From Bilabrum cf. latius (lineage: Eukaryota), in assembly GCA_965178125.1 (NCBI GenBank), contig OZ237768.1:372001-436000 (forward strand): a stretch of DNA of 64,000 nucleotides, read 5' to 3'. The notes under the pieces were generated by a model. That model saw only the letters and a list, made by a program, of their open reading frames with translations, had not been told where the DNA came from and did not search any database. Position 1 is the stretch's first letter. Each line of letters opens with the position of its first letter. The position numbers were made by a program, and so were the translations under genes. Positions 61,167 to 64,000 of the stretch are shown piece after piece.

Positions 61167-63880
61167 TCAGTACCCGGTGAGCGGCTCCTTGGCCATCGCG
61201 ATCATCTCGTCCGCAGAGGGAATGGGACCGGTCTTGGTGCCCAGGTCGGCGTTGTACTTGCTCTGGTAGTCAGCCACGCTCATCCCGCACTCGGTGACGT
61301 CACCGTTCGCGGCGAATACCCTGTTGTCGCCGAGGATGTTGGCAGATGAAGACGGGGCGCAGGTCCCGTGCCAGTAGTTGCCGGTGCCGCTGAGTACGAT
61401 GGTCATGTTGGTGAAGTGGTCCACGCAGCACGGGTCGGCCTTAACTGCGGTCATACCTTCGCCCACGTAGGCGGCGAAGGAGCTGGAGTGCTGCGGATCG
61501 AAATGATGGAGTGCGAGGGTGAGTGGGCACGATACGAGAGCCATAGAAGAGCAGCCAGGTGTGATGTGAGAGATATTCAGCTATATGAAGGCAAACAAAC
61601 CATCAATGATTTGTCAGCATAACTGCATTGCAAGCTTCTCACGCTGTTCAGCGATCCTGAGAAGTCGTTCTTGAGCTGGTAATGGCCCAGGTACTGCGAG
61701 TTGTTGTTGCCGAGGAACCGGCGGCTGCCGTCATCGTTGTCGAGGAGTGCGTCCTGCGATATGCGCGGTAGCGATATGCGGACGGGATATTCGTGGGCAG
61801 GGGGAGGTGGTCAAACACAACGCGCCTGCCTAGACTAATGACGCATCGGGCTTCAAAATGGAGGCACCGTTCGAGTTCGTCAGCATGTGGAACATGCTTC
61901 TTGGGAGATTGAACATAATAAGCAGAAGTCGTCGGGTGTGAGACAATAGCAATCGATGAAAGTGCTGGTACGCGGTGCCTCACCGAGTTGTAGTTGGAGA
62001 TGCCGATGTTGCCCCGGATGATGGTGTTGGGCCGGAGCGTGGTGGGCTGCCCGTTCTCGTCGGGAAACTCGTACACCTGCCTGTCCCAGCTGTTAAATAC
62101 TGCGAAGACCATGCAGCAAATTGGGTGGTACACACGACGAACGATTGTAACCATGGCTTGGTTGGGGTCCATAGTGTGCTCATGGTAGGCCTGTTCGGCA
62201 TCCACCACGCAACGATGCTGGTGTAGCGAGACGAGATAGCTGTGCAGCTCTGCTAAAGAAAGCCTCCTATTGACTCTGATCGCAACAAAGCTCATTTCTC
62301 TGTTGCATCACACTCACGCGCGTGGTCGCCGCTCTCCCTGCATGAGTTCCACAGCACATTGGACTCGATGAGGTCGCCGCCCACACCGCCATCCTGCGAG
62401 AGCAAAGGTAGGTCAAGGGAACACACGTACAAAGGATTTAAGTACTGCATGCAGGCAATGAAAACATGCCGTGCGAGGTGGAGGCAACGTGAAGTCAGCA
62501 TATCTTGCTGTGGCATTGCCGCCAGCTCACGTTCTAATTAATGTGCGCGCGAGGACCGTTGTAGACAATGTTGCGGGTGTACTTGTTGTGTCCAGCCTTG
62601 GCATAGAAAATGGCGCTGCTCTGCTTCTCGTGCACCCCGAATTCCTTGAAGAGGCACTGGTCGATCGTGGTGTTCATGGGAATGTCCAGAGACATGAGGC
62701 TGGGGCCGAAGCCCGGAGCGCCCGCTGGCGCGCCCTCGCCGTTGCCCCACAGTGCGATGCACGTATCGCCGTTCCACTCGAACTGCGACTTGGTGATGGA
62801 GGCGTCCCTGTTGTACGCAGAGAGCAGCAGGGCATTGCCGTCGAGGCGGGTGAACATGCACGAGTCGATGGTAAGGCCCTCGGTACCCTCTACCTGCACC
62901 GCTGCAGTGCGCTGCAGTCCCCAGTCTCCGCCGGATGGCATGCTATGGGGGTCCATGTACGTGTAGGCGGTGTCCCGGAAAGTGACCCCGCGGAAGGTGA
63001 CGTCCCTGACGGGGTAGTTCTTGGAGCCAGCGATGTCAATGAGCACTTTGTTGGTGGGCGCAGCGAGGCTGGGCAGCTCGCCTTCTGCCTGCCCCTTGGA
63101 AGAAGGCGGCGCCCCCGTCCCGTTGTGCCAGAGGTATAGCGCGCGCTCGTCGGTGTCATAGAAGAACTCATCGGGGTAGTCCAGCTCCTCGAACACGTTC
63201 TCGATGAAAAATACGTCCCCCGTGTTGGCACCTCTGCAAGGGAGGGGTCGGAAGGAGAACGGGGCAAGCGACGGAGGGTACGGGCACGGCAATCTGGCAA
63301 GGGACAGAGGGTACGAGAAGGCGATCTGGCAAGGAACCCATGTCCAAACCTAGGCATAATCAGCAAGGCAGCACAGTATTCGGACGCAACTCCTTCATCC
63401 AATGGGAAATTTAGACGAGCATCAGTCACGTCTGCAAGGCCTCAGACAGAAGCACCCTGCCAGGCATACCAGCAATCTCACCGAGCACCCTGGAAGAACC
63501 CGTAGTCCACCCAAAATGTGTTGTTGTCAGGGTCGTAGCGGCTCAGCTCGCCCATCCAAGAGGACCAGTGGCCGGGCCTGCGAGGGAGGAAACCAATCAT
63601 AGAGGCAAGACCACGGGCGATGCAAACACGGGCAGACCCGGTGTTTGTAGGCGTGATCGCCAGGGAGCAGCAGTTGGGGCACTCTGACAGAGAGGACGGG
63701 TGAAAAGCAAATGTCCGTCTCCCACGGAGCTATGCAGATACACATGTTCCCTCTTCTTCTCTTACCTCCAGGTCTGGATGATCCCACCCTTGGTCGTCTT
63801 GTACGGCTGGTGGGGCAGGATGCTCGTGTCTGCCTGGAAACCCGCTGGCACCCGGTAGGTGAATGCACCGCCGCCGCTGC
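61167..63880 (-). CDS. Multi-exon right-handed beta-helix (pectin-lyase fold) carbohydrate-active-enzyme-like protein; 5' part probably outside the window
   Basis: Exon pieces RPGHWSSW, FFQGARG, FFIENVFEELDYPDEFFYD, PSGGDWGLQR, GVHEKQSS, NGPRAHIN[TAG]N, CRESGDH, FNSWDRQ, DNDDGS, bounded by GTGAG donors and GCAG acceptors. Ends TGA 61167. Confidence 0.7.
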
Positions 63881-64000
63881 AATGGAGGAAGGGGCACACG
63901 GGGCATGGCACGAGAAGATGTTATATATAAACTGTCCCGCGCAAAATGGCCCCTTCGAGGGGCACGGGCAGCTGCGGTAGCCAAGTCGCCAATCAATATT

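Noticed and set aside
300-62536. Pyrrolysine or a prokaryotic/phage amber recoding
   Set aside because: Spliceosomal introns and eL30 show a eukaryotic nucleus. TAG aligns mainly with Gln/Glu at many non-catalytic sites, and no pyl genes are seen.

Overview
This is eukaryotic nuclear DNA: GC-rich, with short GT-AG introns and a 200-N scaffold gap at 37967-38166. It is most likely from a protist. The main result is that TAG behaves as a sense codon. By manual reading I count about 60 in-frame TAG codons in otherwise intact genes of unrelated families: housekeeping enzymes, a PH-domain protein, a PLAC8 protein, a CobW GTPase, lectins and transposons. None of the intact genes has an internal TAA or TGA, and every gene end I can place is TGA or, rarely, TAA. 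Paralog comparisons most often align TAG with CAG/CAA, so UAG=Gln is favoured and Glu is the alternative. Read with that code, the fragmented ORF track resolves into these parts: a head-to-tail array of three non-LTR retroelement copies with a structured 3' UTR; seven full and one partial secreted triple bulb-type (B/GNA) lectin genes; a PLAC8 gene; a 1140-aa low-complexity protein; a PH-domain coiled-coil protein; RPL30; an AUH-like enoyl-CoA hydratase; an inverted pair of MIB/HERC2-domain genes; a hidden MACPF/perforin-like gene of about 1070 aa; a hairpin-dense unexplained element of about 2.3 kb; CRE-like retroelement fragments; a CobW/COG0523 GTPase; a complete piggyBac-like transposon with a non-TTAA (CTAC) target duplication; and a multi-exon right-handed beta-helix gene. 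All family calls come from motif recognition by eye; no searches were run.
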